This document shows, one piece after another, positions 10,041-22,129 of a DNA stretch of 64,000 nt. The stretch's first letter is position 1. Every line of letters starts with the position of its first letter. The notes beneath the pieces were generated by a model. It was not told where the DNA came from. It worked only from the letters and a program-made list of their open reading frames with translations, and searched no databases. The stretch covers positions 30,442,001 to 30,506,000 of the forward strand of contig NC_045701.1 in assembly GCF_009834535.1 (NCBI RefSeq), written 5' to 3'. The translations under genes were made by a program, and so were the position numbers. This stretch comes from Camelus ferus. Taxonomy: Eukaryota.

Positions 10041-13000
10041 GTGGGGCAGAGTAATACCCAGTAAGTATGGGGTGCTGTCCTATCATATTCCAGGAATGAA
10101 AGTTGAGACTCTCAGTCCTGACACTCAAATAGGACCTCAAGCAATATGTGGGGAGACTACACAGCAGGAGCCCAGTGGTCCTTGGGGAAATTAGACCCAT
10201 GCATGGCCTGGAGGGTGAAAAGAAGCAAATGGAAGATAGCTCCAACTCCTGGGCTCCCTAAATAACTATCTCCACATCCTAAGCCTGTATTTTGCCCCAG
10301 ATCATACAGAGAAGGAGTCTGACTGTTCTGTTTTATCCAGAAGAGCAGTGGTGAGGAGGAAGAGAGTCTAACTAGAAAGTCTAAAACCTTTGGTCAAATG
10401 CGATCCAATCTGAGCAAAGGCAAGCCGGCCTCCACCCTGACTCTGCCCTTCCCAAGCCCTGCTCCCCGTAAGTAAGCCCTGGGGCTCTCTAACTGGAAAT
10501 TTCCCCAGGAAATCAAAGGGCCTGGGGAAAAGAATTTTCATAGATTCCCGCTGAAGAAGGGGCCCTCAGAGTCAGCTGGAAGGAAGGGAAGAGGGCCTGA
10601 GGTGCCCTTGCGAGGACGGACTGTAGGAAGAGCAGGAGCTGAGATCCGAGGAAAAGAACTGTTGCTGATTATGTGGGCAATCTCCACCCCCACCCCCACC
10701 GCCAATGTCCTCCCAGGTTCCATGAAGAATGAGAGCCAGAGCTTTGGTCTCAAGGCTTTTGTCACAGTCCATACTCTGACACAGTCCTGTAAATGCCACA
10801 TCGACCATGTGCACTGCAGCCTGGGTCACCCTCTCGCAAAGGCAAGTCTCTGCTTTCCTATCGGTTGGTTCTTTTAGCCTGAAGGTTTAGCCCTGATTGG
10901 TTCCCGTCCTCCTGGATTCAGGGCTTCCCCTGTGATCCAGACCCCATTCTGATTTGTCATGGGCACTTAGACAAGAATCCTTTTTCCTCACCTGGAAAAT
11001 TAAAGTAAAAGACACGTATTCACTTACGATGCATGGTCCACAGCACATGCTAAGTAAATCTTTATCAAATGAAATGGAACCACCCTCTAGGTGAAAGGAG
11101 AGTAGCTGAGTCCCCAGCCAGGCATCTCATCCATCTAGCCATTCACAACATGGCAGGGTGATGAGAGGGCTTCTCCTATGCGTCGGGCTCTCCTGGGTCT
11201 CCCAGATGCCTGCACTAGGTCTACATGGTTCACTACTAGAGAGTGCTTTCTCACACGTCTGAATGTTTTGGGGACCAATGTACTGCAACTGTGACTCCAT
11301 TCAGCTCATTCTGGTTTTGGACAAGATGGAATATAAAAACAAACTATATGTTGACTCTTAATGTTGCAAAATTTTGCTTTCCCCAAAGTCTCTCTTTTAA
11401 CTTTTCCTTTAGGATTATCATTTCCAAGCTCTCAGTCATGTCTGCTGACCTCTGGCTCTTCTAAACGGTCCTCCCACCTCACTCTCGGCAATGCTGGTGA
11501 GCAGGAGTAAGTCCATTCCTCTCTGGAGATGATTAGGATATGTTCCCATCACATCCTCCTGTACTGTGGCTTGACTCTCCCCTCTGCCAGGGCACCAGGG
11601 ACCCCTTACATGGAAAAGGGAAAGGATTAGGTAGGTCCTGCCTGTCTGTGCCCTGTGGCTCCAGCTGCCAGTCTTTCCTACCCAAGAAGTTATCCTCATT
11701 CGGGGCTCAGGGATCACTGACGTCCTGCATTGTGCTAAAGGGACCCAGGAGTGTAGCTCGTGCTTGCCAGTTGCTACTACAGGGGAGTCTGTGGCCAAGA
11801 TGGCGTGATCTGTCTACGTCTATCCCAAGGAAGTGAAGGGAGGAATATGTACCTCTAGGCAGAAAAACAAAACCAAAAGCAAACAAACAAAAACAGAGTC
11901 AAGGGGAAAAAACTAAATGTGTGAGAACTTTTTCTAATGTCAGCATTGAGAATGGGGTTGAATAACTTCCTGAAATCCCCTCTAGGCCCATCTTCTAGCC
12001 ATGCTGAACCATGAAGAGCCACCTCCAGGTCTTATTCTGACTCTGCCTGCAACATCCTTCCCCACTTGGTTTTCTAGGGTAATTATTTATCCTCCCAAAT
12101 TCAGTGTGGTGTCATCTCCTGCAGGAAACCTTCCCTGTGCTTTGCCACACACTCCCCAGACCTGCAGCTGGGCCCCCATCTTCCCCATTCATCTTTCTAT
12201 TATTATTATCTGATTATAGGTATGTTTTCCCCCAGCAGACTGTCCATTCCTGAAAGGCACGATATACAACATCAATCTCTGATGTCTCTGCCAAGAATGT
12301 TACCTGTCATATAGAAACAACCCTATCCATGTCTATAGAATAACAAAATTAGGATCAATGGTTCAAAGGACACAAACATCCTTTTGGCTCTTGATATATT
12401 GCAGACTGCCCTCCAAAAAGCTGGCACTTATTTACAATGCCATCTGCAACAGAATATAAGTTTCACCACAACCCTGCTATTTTATTTGTGTCCTAATATT
12501 TTAACATGTATTTCATTACTAGTGAGATTATGTTTATTTCACTAATCATAATCCTCTACTGTGAATTGTCTCTTTATATCTTAGTAATCATTTTCTGACA
12601 GGCTTGCCATGGCTACGGCCAAATTTCCTTCTCCCCCTAAGCAAGGAGCCACAGGCCCAACCTTGCAGTGGAACGAAGGACTTGTTTCCTAAGTTATGTA
12701 GATCCATATCGATGCCCCAGGAGGTCAGCTTACAACCTAAGTTTGCTACAAGGTCCAAGACAGTTAAGATTCTCCACATTAGACTTTATTTTCTTGGCAG
12801 GAGCTACAGATAAGAAATATAGTCTGACAGTTTTCAGCAGATACCTAAGATTTCTGAAAAAGTGCAAGTCTATAAAAATGATCCACCCCTTCTATCCCTT
12901 GAAATTTGCCAAGTCTGGTCTCTAGAACTTCTCCCCTTAAACCTCTAGATGGAAAGGGAAAGCGGGGTAGGAGGCAAGTTGTATTGACGGCAGCACAGCT

Positions 13001-14622
13001 CAAGGACATGCCCACACTGAAAATTTCTTAGCCTGCTTTGCAGTCAGTTGGTTAAGCTGTGATACACATTTGAAGGGCAAAGTCTTTTTCTCCAAAAAGT
13101 GTGGACTGAGATCCTATTCTATCCCCTGTATCTCCCCAGTATGGGCCTTCCCAGTTTCCTCTGATAGACAATTATGTAAAGAAGTTTTTACCATGGTGAC
13201 CATGACTTTTCACAGTGCCTATGAGACAGCATGAGGCAACATTTATAGATACTATCTCAAGCTGCACAGTTTGGCTTGGCACCACTCAGGCTTTGAAGCC
13301 TGCTCCAGTTCATTTCCAAATTTGCATGTACTGCCAGTCCCCCATTTTAGGCCAGAGCTATTCATCCCTTGATCTCTGAGGAAGCAGGGTTCTTTCAATT
13401 TGAACTCTGGCTCAAGTACAAACTACCCTCCTTATGTCCATACAAAGCCAACTTGAGTGTTCATCTGTATTTTGTTTGGAGAACATTTCTAAACTAGTCT
13501 TTTCTTGGCTAACAATTCTAAACTTTTCCTGCCCTGAAAACTGCCCCCCACCTTATCTGTTCTCTAAAGAAACGCTTCTTTGTTTAAAATTCACCAGCTC
13601 TAGGGCATCCAGAGAGCCAGCAATACATCTTTCAGGGACTTATCTGATTTCACTCAAAGAAATTGATCAGGTATTTACTAGGAATTTACTATGACTACAT
13701 ACCTGACTTTGCCTAAGTGCTGAAGATACATCCAGAACCACCCTTAGACCCAGGAAAGAGGCCCCTTCCCTGGGCCTCACATTTAAGAAAGCCCCACACA
13801 TAACTAATGTAAACATATAAATAAATTTATTAAAGAATACAGAGGTGACTCTGTCACTTGGGATCCAGTGCAACCCATAATATATAAAACTTCTGCTTTA
13901 GGGACTGACATGGCTCTAATTCAAGGCAAACACCTTTCCACATCTTTTGCCCAAATCCTGAAAGGTGACTGTGTCTGAGTGACGAGACTGCTTATAGCTC
14001 GTGCCTCTGCCAGGAAAGGAGACAGACATTGCTTCCTAGTATGGGAAGGACTAGGTAGCAGAAGCATACAGGTTAAAAAAAAAAAAAAGATGAACTTGTT
14101 AAATTCTTCCTCTCAGATAGCATGACTGCAATGCATTTTTATATTATGATGTGTCACAGTGCCAAGTACCTATTCTCTTTTTTCCCTTCATGTTCCAATG
14201 CTTAGTTCTGAAGGTACTCAAAAATTGGCACAATGTTCCCGATAGTTGTACATGACAGCTGAGGCATATTTTGCAATATTCAACAATGTTTTTAATCTTA
14301 AATTTGTATGTACATAGCTTTGGACAATGTGTGAACTTGATACCAGTTCTTTATAATTCTCTGTGTATCTAGATATTGCTTTAAGAAGTGGTAAAAATCA
14401 CAATATAAATTAGAGCACTTTATATAATAAAATAATCCTTAATAGTTAATGTGATAATGTTAATTTAACATATGCAACCCCATTACAGTGTCAGAATGTG
14501 ATATGTAAATCAAAAATTCATTTCCAAATCTAAGTATTGCTTTAAGAACTGTTTTGACAATACCAGTTGCTATGGACTTGAGAACAAAATATTTTCAAAT
14601 TAAATTAATTTAAAAAAATGAA

Positions 14623-14921
14623 TTTTTTCCCCCAGGACTTGACAAGAACTGTTTTAAGGCACCGTAACACGGAGAGGGAGGGCTGCCAGGGATGTGTTCC
14701 TCCCCACACTTCATGGCCAGAACGTAATCCCTCTTCTCCTTGATAATGCATGTGACATTGTACTGTTGGTTGCCCACATGCTTCATGAAGACCTCCTCTC
14801 AGGGGGTGGTGGGCCCTCGGACCCCAATCAGCAGCATGTTGGAACCGGCTTTGCTGCAGTCTACCAGAAAGGAGCTCTTCTGGCTCATGAAGGCTTTTGA
14901 GAGCCCCGCCCCCTTGGAGGT
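14623..14921 (-). pseudogene. FLNB: 5'-truncated processed pseudogene fragment of filamin B (C-terminal repeat 24)
   Basis: Translates [72 protein letters not shown], which matches the FLNB C-terminus better than FLNA ([27 protein letters not shown]). In-frame stop, short A tail at 14623-14628, approximate TSD AATGA(A)TT. Confidence 0.9.
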
Positions 14922-15092
14922 TAATGATTCAAGAAAGATGGGCTAATTTGACATGCATTACTGTCCAAAGAACATAAATTATGTAAAAATCAAGACCATA
15001 ACAACACAGTGATTATACTGAAATAAGGGCAAAGAAAAACTTTTTTTCAGCTGTGCCTTTAGAAAGTCGATCTGTCTGCCTTCCTTCCTTTA

Positions 15093-16045
15093 AGCAGATG
15101 TTTCACACACCATCAATCCTCTGCTGCTTTCAACTCAATAATCTTCCCAGGACTCTGAAAGAGGGAATTGGAAGCAACACCATTATGTGGGAAATTAGAG
15201 GGCTATTTCTGGTACAGGGGATTTGTCTGGCTCTAGAAAGCAGACTTGAGGAGAAGCACATTAGACTCCGGGACTCTTCATATGTTTCTGGGTCACTGAT
15301 GCTATCAGCATTTGAGGTCAATGAGCAGAGGCTGGGAGGTTTCAAGCCTAGGGTGGGTCATCACTTTTTGCCTCCTCCCATTCCAGGAGCCTTTAGATTC
15401 CCCCGTTAGCCTCCTCTGCTTTCAAGGGAAGCCATCCTTCCCTTGACCATTTCCTTTTCCTTCCCAAGATCCTTACCAACCAGGACGGGAACCACCTTTA
15501 CTTTGAACCATATTGTATCAAGAGCTGGAAGAAAGCTAGAGAATGCTGCATAGAGAGGGCATCAGGGTCCTGGAAAAGGAACAATCTCGATCACTTTCCA
15601 AAGCTATGAATCCCCAGCAGGGAGCCAGAGAGAGCTATAGGGAAACAGAAGATGAATGTGATTTCTGAATGAGCTTGAAGTGAGGAAGAATGGAATAAGA
15701 ACAGGCAAGAAAGAGAAACACTGGACAAGGAAGGGCTGAGTTAGCTGGGCCGTGGTGACTAGAAGCTAGGATCCAGATTGACTTAGGAAGGGACCAGGGA
15801 GCTGGGGTAAGTTAGGAAGAACCATGCCATCCACAGGGGGCACTGCATCCCCACAGCTGGCCTGGACTGTGCAGGACCAACAAAGTAGAGGGGGTCAGTC
15901 AAAGACAGCAAAGCCCCTCTTCCTTGCTCCCGGCAGACAGCACCTCCCCCTCTGCCTAACTCCTGGGTTTTTTATTAATGCAGAGACATCCATAGGAGAG
16001 AGACACACACAGTCACCACCTATTTCACATACATACACATGCTCT
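15093..16045 (+). repeat. Local segmental duplication, copy 1 (paralogous to 33745-34408 and 35995-36296)
   Basis: By direct comparison, 15093-15764 aligns to 33745-34408 and 15766-16045 aligns to 35995-36296, in the same orientation. Confidence 0.95.
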
Positions 16046-17024
16046 TGAGACAGGAAGACAAGAGTACAGCCAGTTTGGAAAAGGACCAGGGAACAGTTGT
16101 GAGCAAAACAGGCCTTGGAAGCTAAAGAACGAAGGCCCTGTGGGCCTGAGTCCCAGAGGCAAAAACCAGGCTCCCAGGAATAAAAGATTACCTTTATCTT
16201 TGTTACACTAATGAGTAGACCTCATCACCACAAGACAAGAAGCTGAAATACAAATTTTAACCTATCTGTTCTGGTGCTTTCTTGCAGAAAATTCTCACAG
16301 GCTCCCTTAAGCCCCTCACAGAAGCACTCCTTATTCCTAATAGCCACCATGGAGCCACCTGCTACAGATCAAAGATTCTGGAAATTATCAGTGATCACAA
16401 GACAAACCCTTCCTTTTGTTATAAAAGCAACTTGTTACCAAGTCCAAACTCATTCTGCTCACCCCACAACAGGCCAATAAATTGGGAGATGAGGTGTTGG
16501 GGCAAGGAATAATGACTTTATTCGGAAAGCCGGCAGACCGAGAAGACGGCAGACCAATGTCCTGGAGAACCATCCTCCCCAAGTCAGAATTCAGGCTCCT
16601 TTTAAACTAAAAAGGGGAGGGGTTATGCTTGGTTGTTACAAACTTCTTGGTATTGGAATTCTTTGTTCTTGCAGCCCTCCCCGTGGGTCAGGTCATGGTG
16701 TCCCCATAAACCTCCAATAAAACAAATGTTACTTTCTGTTCTGCAACTTTTTATCTTGATGTGAATGCAAAAGTATTAATACCCTTAAAGGTCAGAACCA
16801 GCAAGGCCTAAGCCTGGGAAACAAAGCACAGGGTTAAAGGCAAAAGAACAGATCTAATATGATAGAGTCAGCTTTGTTCTTTTCTATTACAATAACTGTT
16901 TGAAATTTTGCTGTCAGTGGTGGTGGCCTTTCCTGATGAGCTCTTTCAAGTACGCATGATTACAAGGGTGGGGACGTGTTCTCCTTAAAGTTCTTGTTCT
17001 CTGTTTCAGTTTAGAGGGTTAACA
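16046..17024. mobile_element. Older LTR-like element interrupted by a younger LTR
   Basis: Begins TGAGACAGG and ends GGGTTAACA. Sequence on the two sides of the inner LTR reads as continuous LTR-type sequence. No TSD recovered. Confidence 0.45.
16433..16891 (-). mobile_element. Solo ERV1-type LTR
   Basis: TG...CA termini (TGTTACCAAGTCCAAACTC ... CTATTACA) and a GACTTTATT poly(A) signal on the minus strand. Partial flanking duplication (GCAACT/ATAACT). Confidence 0.8.
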
Positions 17025-17861
17025 ACATACCTCAATGCTGGTGAAATAAAAATGCATGCTCTTCTAACCGAAAAACACTTACTTATCAACCCACACAAGG
17101 ATATCTGAGCCAGCCTCCATGGTGCTGGTATTTTATAGACGAAACACTGAAAGTACAAGATGGAGCAAAAACAACCCCAGATTCACCATGTGCTTGCTTG
17201 ACTTCACCTACTCACAAGTTCATTCTTCTGAAAGCTTTCTCAGTGTGAGCATAAAACAAAATGGATGACTGTCTCAGAATTTTCCTTTACCTTTTTTATA
17301 AAAACGTTCATTACTTTTATTTCTGTCAGATTTCAGAGATAACAGCACAGCTTGACTAAGTAAGTGGTGTCCCCATTATTTCTCTCCTATTGGCGAGGCT
17401 CTGCTCTAAGCCACTCACATTCCATCACCCAGGTTTCCTTTAAGTTGATGACAGGGAGCAGGGGATGGAAACTCAGTTCCCTGGAAGGAATCTGGCCAGC
17501 CCACGTTGTGGTCCTCAGTTGGTAGAAAGACTGAGTAATGAGAGGAGCCTGGTTCTAACTCTAAAGCACATGGGACAAATCAGAGGGATGCCAGTCGACT
17601 AATATTGGATACATATTGTGATTTGTGTGATTTGTTTAGGTATTTTTTTTAAGGATGCCTCATCCCTCACTGAAATGAATTATTCTGACAAACGGTTTTC
17701 ACCTCACCTTGTCAAATTATAAGCATATTGTTATTTTTAAATCTCATAAACATGTTTATGTAAATCTTACTTTTAAACCTGTTTTGGGGAGGAATTTTTT
17801 CAAGTAGGAATTGTGTTTACATCTGAAATAAGCAGTATAAACATGTTGTTTTTGTGGAAGA

Positions 17862-18260
17862 ATGATGAGAATCCAGGGCCAGGCTCCTGGCTGCCTGCAG
17901 TAACCCTCAATCCCTGGTATGAGTTTTAGCATCAAAAGCCTGGGCAGCCACACCAAGCTTCCAGCACCAATATCCCTACAGGTCTAATGGAAAGAGTTGA
18001 GTCAGGGTATTCTGCAGACCATGATCACCAGTCTTTGAGGAAACTCCAGCCTTCTTGTGCAAAAATGAGGAAGAAAATCTCACAGGTGGGGATCACTGAG
18101 GGACTTCGGTCACTAGGCATCGGCAGCAACCTGGCAGAGACACTGTTTGTTTCTAAGGTGGTGTGTGTCTGCTCCTACTGTCCTACCCTATACATTCGCT
18201 TGCTCCCTGCTTAGCTGAGAGACATAAATGTAAATGTCCCATTAATCAAGTGTGTGTGTA
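17862..18260 (+). pseudogene. Probable decayed RNase A-superfamily gene of the RNASE2/3/6/7 group
   Basis: TGG TAT GAG TTT TAG CAT (17915-17932) reads W-Y-E-F-*-H, versus W-F-E-x-Q-H (CAG>TAG). Then Q-A-S (versus Q-A-C), *-G-N-S-S-L-L-C-K-N-x3-N (versus C-G-N-x4-C / CKNx3NC), T-x6-G-R-x3-C-x-* (versus T-x6-G-R-x3-C-x-Y) and P-Y-T-F-A-C (18186-18203, versus P-Y-I-V-A-C). The motifs are in the correct order across three frames. A candidate exon-1 donor GACTAA|GTAAGT sits at ~17360. Confidence 0.55.
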
Positions 18261-19920
18261 TGTGTCATACGTACTTTCCCTCGGGACTGCCTACACTTTG
18301 AAATCCTGAACCAGGCTTTACATTTAATCTTGAGTTTTCACTCAAAATAAGACACATATCCTTCCTTCTTGTAGTTCCCAGCCTGCTGAATCCTTGGAAG
18401 CCATCAGAGAGATGTACAGCAACCTATTCTTACCCAGCTTGGTCAATCTAGTGAGTCTTTATCACTGCAAGAGAATTTTCCTGGCCTCAGCCTCCCTCTC
18501 TGGGACAACTGCCACTCTAAGCCCAGGGTCATGTTTAAATTGCATTCCAGCAACACTGCAGTTGAACCAGAAGAAACGGTACCATGCCTACTTGCTGACA
18601 TGGTGAATCTCTAACTTGGTCCCCAAGTCTATTAACAGGACCTCCATTAACCTGAAAGGGTCCAAAATCTCTACTTCAGAACATATATTTAAATTTTTTT
18701 ATAACTCCCCCTTTCCACACTGTAGAAAGTACAGCTTACAAAGCTCAGTCAAATGCCAGAAGCTTAAACATCTAAACTTTAGAATGAGATGTTAATTCAG
18801 TTCATATCACTGAATTACAGGGAGGAAAATCAATCACAGGGAGAAAGAAAAGGAGAATGCATCTCACTTGATTACCAGGGAATTAACCTAAAATATACTG
18901 AGATTCCAAAAATGAACATAAAACATAAAACACAGAATCAATAATCAAAGATAGAAGAAATATTCTTTGGCAGGAGGTAGAGAGCTGGTTTTAGAAACAG
19001 GTAGAGCTCATGGAGTTCCAACATAAGCAGAAGCAACACAATGCCACTGCTTTTAAATAAAAAGAATGTCTAAAACATAGCGAAAGAAAGGCATTCTGAA
19101 AGTTCCTAAGTAGGAAAGGCAGACCACTAATAGAGGAATGGAGACAATAATAATCCATGGCATTCCCCTGAAAAAATAAAAACTACCATGTGGATACCAA
19201 AAAACAAAGGATACCTTATCAAGTTAACTTTTTATTCTTATGTGAAGACAACAGAGAGTCCTTCTTAGATTACTAACATTTATTTAACTGACATGTCTGA
19301 GTGCCTTTGATGTGACAGACACTGTTCTAAGTGCGGTGTGTATAGTGGTGAACAAAGCAGACAGCTGCCTGCATTTTAGAAATTTTGTCCCCACATACCT
19401 TGGAAACTTCTCAGACTAGCTCAGAGGGGTATATTTTAACTAAGAAGAGAAAACCCTTCTTTTGCAGTAGTTAAATACCCCCAGGGAGAGTCCATTTTGA
19501 TCACCATTATAATCAGGGACAGTGCAAGAGAAAGAATGGCCTTGCCCTTGGCGACAAGGCTATGGCTTGAGGCCTCCCGTGTGGCCTGCATCAGGGAATT
19601 AGATGAGGACAAATTATTCATCAAATCTGGAGAAGACAGATGTCAAATATCGTAAGATGAAAAGGTAGTGCTGTCATCACCAGGTGGCTCTGCTGGCTTG
19701 ATAAGTAAAATCAAAGTCACAGAGGGCTATAACCATGGAGAATTAGTTAAACCCTCACAATCTATTTAATCACAGTTCAGAAGAGCTCCCCTAATTTCTG
19801 TTGTAGGTGCCCAACAATATCACTTACCTCTGGAGGAAAGTAGGGGACTAATGGGAAGAGTTGATTGGTGTTTACTTCAGAACAAAAGAGAAAGTAAAGG
19901 TCACTCCGGGTCCAAAAAGG

Positions 19921-19952
<32 letters not shown>
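19921..19952. repeat. (GATA)n(GACA)n compound microsatellite
   Basis: TAGATAGATAGATAGACAGACAGACAGACAGA. Confidence 0.95.
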
Positions 19953-19954
<2 letters not shown>

Positions 19955-19974
19955 AGAAATGGGGGAGGGAGGAA

Positions 19975-21237
19975 AGGAAGAAAAAGGAGACCAACTGGCT
20001 TTCTAAAGGCACAGCTAAAGCAACAGCTTGGAGGCAACATTCTGAAAGGATTAGGCACCATCCTTCAGGATGCAGTGTATTTATTGAAACAGAAGCTTCT
20101 AAATAATACTGTGTCCCCAGTAGGAAAAATACACAGGTCTGGTAACCAACAAGTAGAAGCAAGAATGGCTTCACTTACCATCACTCCCACTGACCCATGA
20201 AAATTTCATGCTTTCATCTCTGTAAGTCTAGGCTCTGCAGGGTCAAAGGTCCAGGTCTCCAAAGAGGATGCACTCTTGCCAGGAGACATATTGAGGGTCC
20301 TGCTGAACCACAAGCTATAGCTGCTACCAAGACACTTTGGAGTTCCTGAGTCTAGGGACCAGCAGATGAGAAGAGAAGTTACCGTACTGTCAGGGCTAAG
20401 TGACCCTAATTAGCAGGAAGATGTGGGGCTGATTTGACACAATGGGAGAAGGGAGCAATTCACGTGGAACCCAAGTGATCTACTTGGATGCTCCCTGGCA
20501 TTCCCATGCTCCACTGTAACTGTGATTGTACATGTGCAGCAACATCAGCCAGAGAAACATATGACTATCAAGGATTTGGACCACTCAGGAATGAAGGTTT
20601 GGGTCATAACACCAAACAAGCCACTAAGACATGATATAGCTGAGGGTGAGGGAAAATCAGAATGGATAGTAAAGGAGGGGAAGGATAGGTGCCATCTCAA
20701 CTGCAGTGACAGTGACTATAACTTTCCCCACTACCTCCTTCTTCAAAGTTTCTCTTCAGGAACAGAGTCCCATGCAAAGCTTGAAAGAATTGTCCCTTGA
20801 ACCTATCTGGAGAAGTAGGTCTCCGTGGCTCTAGGACAGCTATGAAAATGCAATACTCAGATCTCCCGCTGTGGGGATCACAATTAACTTCTACACTCTG
20901 AATCTGCTACACTTCCCACGGGCTGCTCTCAGACAATGACAGAGTGCAGCAGTGATGCTAAGTCACGCCCATCTTTGCAGGATGCAAGGCTCCTCTGATG
21001 ACCACCTTGAGCTCAAAGACTATCCATTAGCCTGGCTGAAACTTTTTTTAGAACTGTGTCCATCCAATCTGTTTTCCTTTCTTCCCTCTTTCACAGAGGT
21101 CAGACCTGCATCATAGTCTGGCAGCTTTTCTGGCCTCTTCTGGCTTCCTCTCCCTTTCCCCCTCACAGGCATTCTCCCAATAAATCTATAAATCCAATTC
21201 CACCTAATGTCTGCTTCTCTAAGAACCTAACAGAAGT
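19975..21237 (+). mobile_element. Ancient ERVL-class provirus remnant: 3' internal region plus LTR16-like LTR
   Basis: An integrase-end-like stretch, CTAAAGGCACAGCTAAAGC...CATCCTTCAGGATGCAGTGTAT...CCACTTACCATCACTCCC, precedes an LTR ending CTCCCAATAAATC...GTCTGCTTCTC...AACCTAACA. Family assignment from recall. Confidence 0.6.
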
Positions 21238-22129
21238 GTCCATGAAACAGCTTAAAACTATAATCCATGATTTCAAAACAAGCTAAGAAAATAATTCAAG
21301 ACATGAAAGAACAACATATATCAACATTAGAAAAAAATTCATTAAAAAAGATGACATATTCAGGAAAGTTACAAATAAAAGTAAAAGTTGTTTAAAAGAT
21401 AAAGATTAATCTGCAAGACACACAAACCCAAATAAACACAGTAAGTAATGCCTTAAGAGAACAGAAGATTTAAAAAGAGACAACTTAACAAAAAGAAACA
21501 AAGAGTTTTTTTAAAAAAGGTACTATTTGGGATCTTTGGTCAAAGAATTTCTTTAATTTCCCAAAGTATTATTCCAGTTGCTTCACACCTTCATTATTGA
21601 GATTGTCTCTAGATCTAATAACTAGCTATTTCCCTTTTTTCACAAACTCAGTGAAGATCAGTTAGTCATTATCCACCTCCAAATTATCCAAAACTTCCTC
21701 AAAGAATCTTTTTAAATTTTCCTTGACTTAATTGGGGCTGGGGTCGGGGGCGTAATATTTAACCACCTTAAGGCTCACTTTCCTCAGGTGCAAATGGGGT
21801 TAAAATAATCTACACCATAGACTAGTGGGAACTAAGTGAGATAGTATTATGTAAAAGTGTTTGTCACACTGGCACATAACTGTTCTAATGTTGGCTATTT
21901 ATCTAAGAGTATCAGTTTAATATGAAGAAACTAACATGTAAAAAAAATTAACTCTATTATTTTCTATTACCTATTATTCTGTTATCTCCGGTCACCTAAA
22001 CCTGGTTTTTCTTATTTCATCTTTCCATTATTGCCTTCTCTCCTCTTCACATCGACGGTAGAAACCTCAAGACTTCACAGAGTTCTCCACAAAGAAAAAC
22101 AAAGAACACAGGTACTTAACCCACACAGA

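Noticed and set aside
11790-11810. GGCCAAGATGGCG (YY1 site / L1 5'-end-like motif)
   Set aside because: Isolated motif with no CpG island or recognisable L1 5' UTR following it.
15053-15409. Similar ~105-120 aa ORFs in both duplicate copies (15053-15409 and 33837-34151)
   Set aside because: The similarity just reflects DNA duplication. Indels shift the frames between copies, and there is no domain or splice context.
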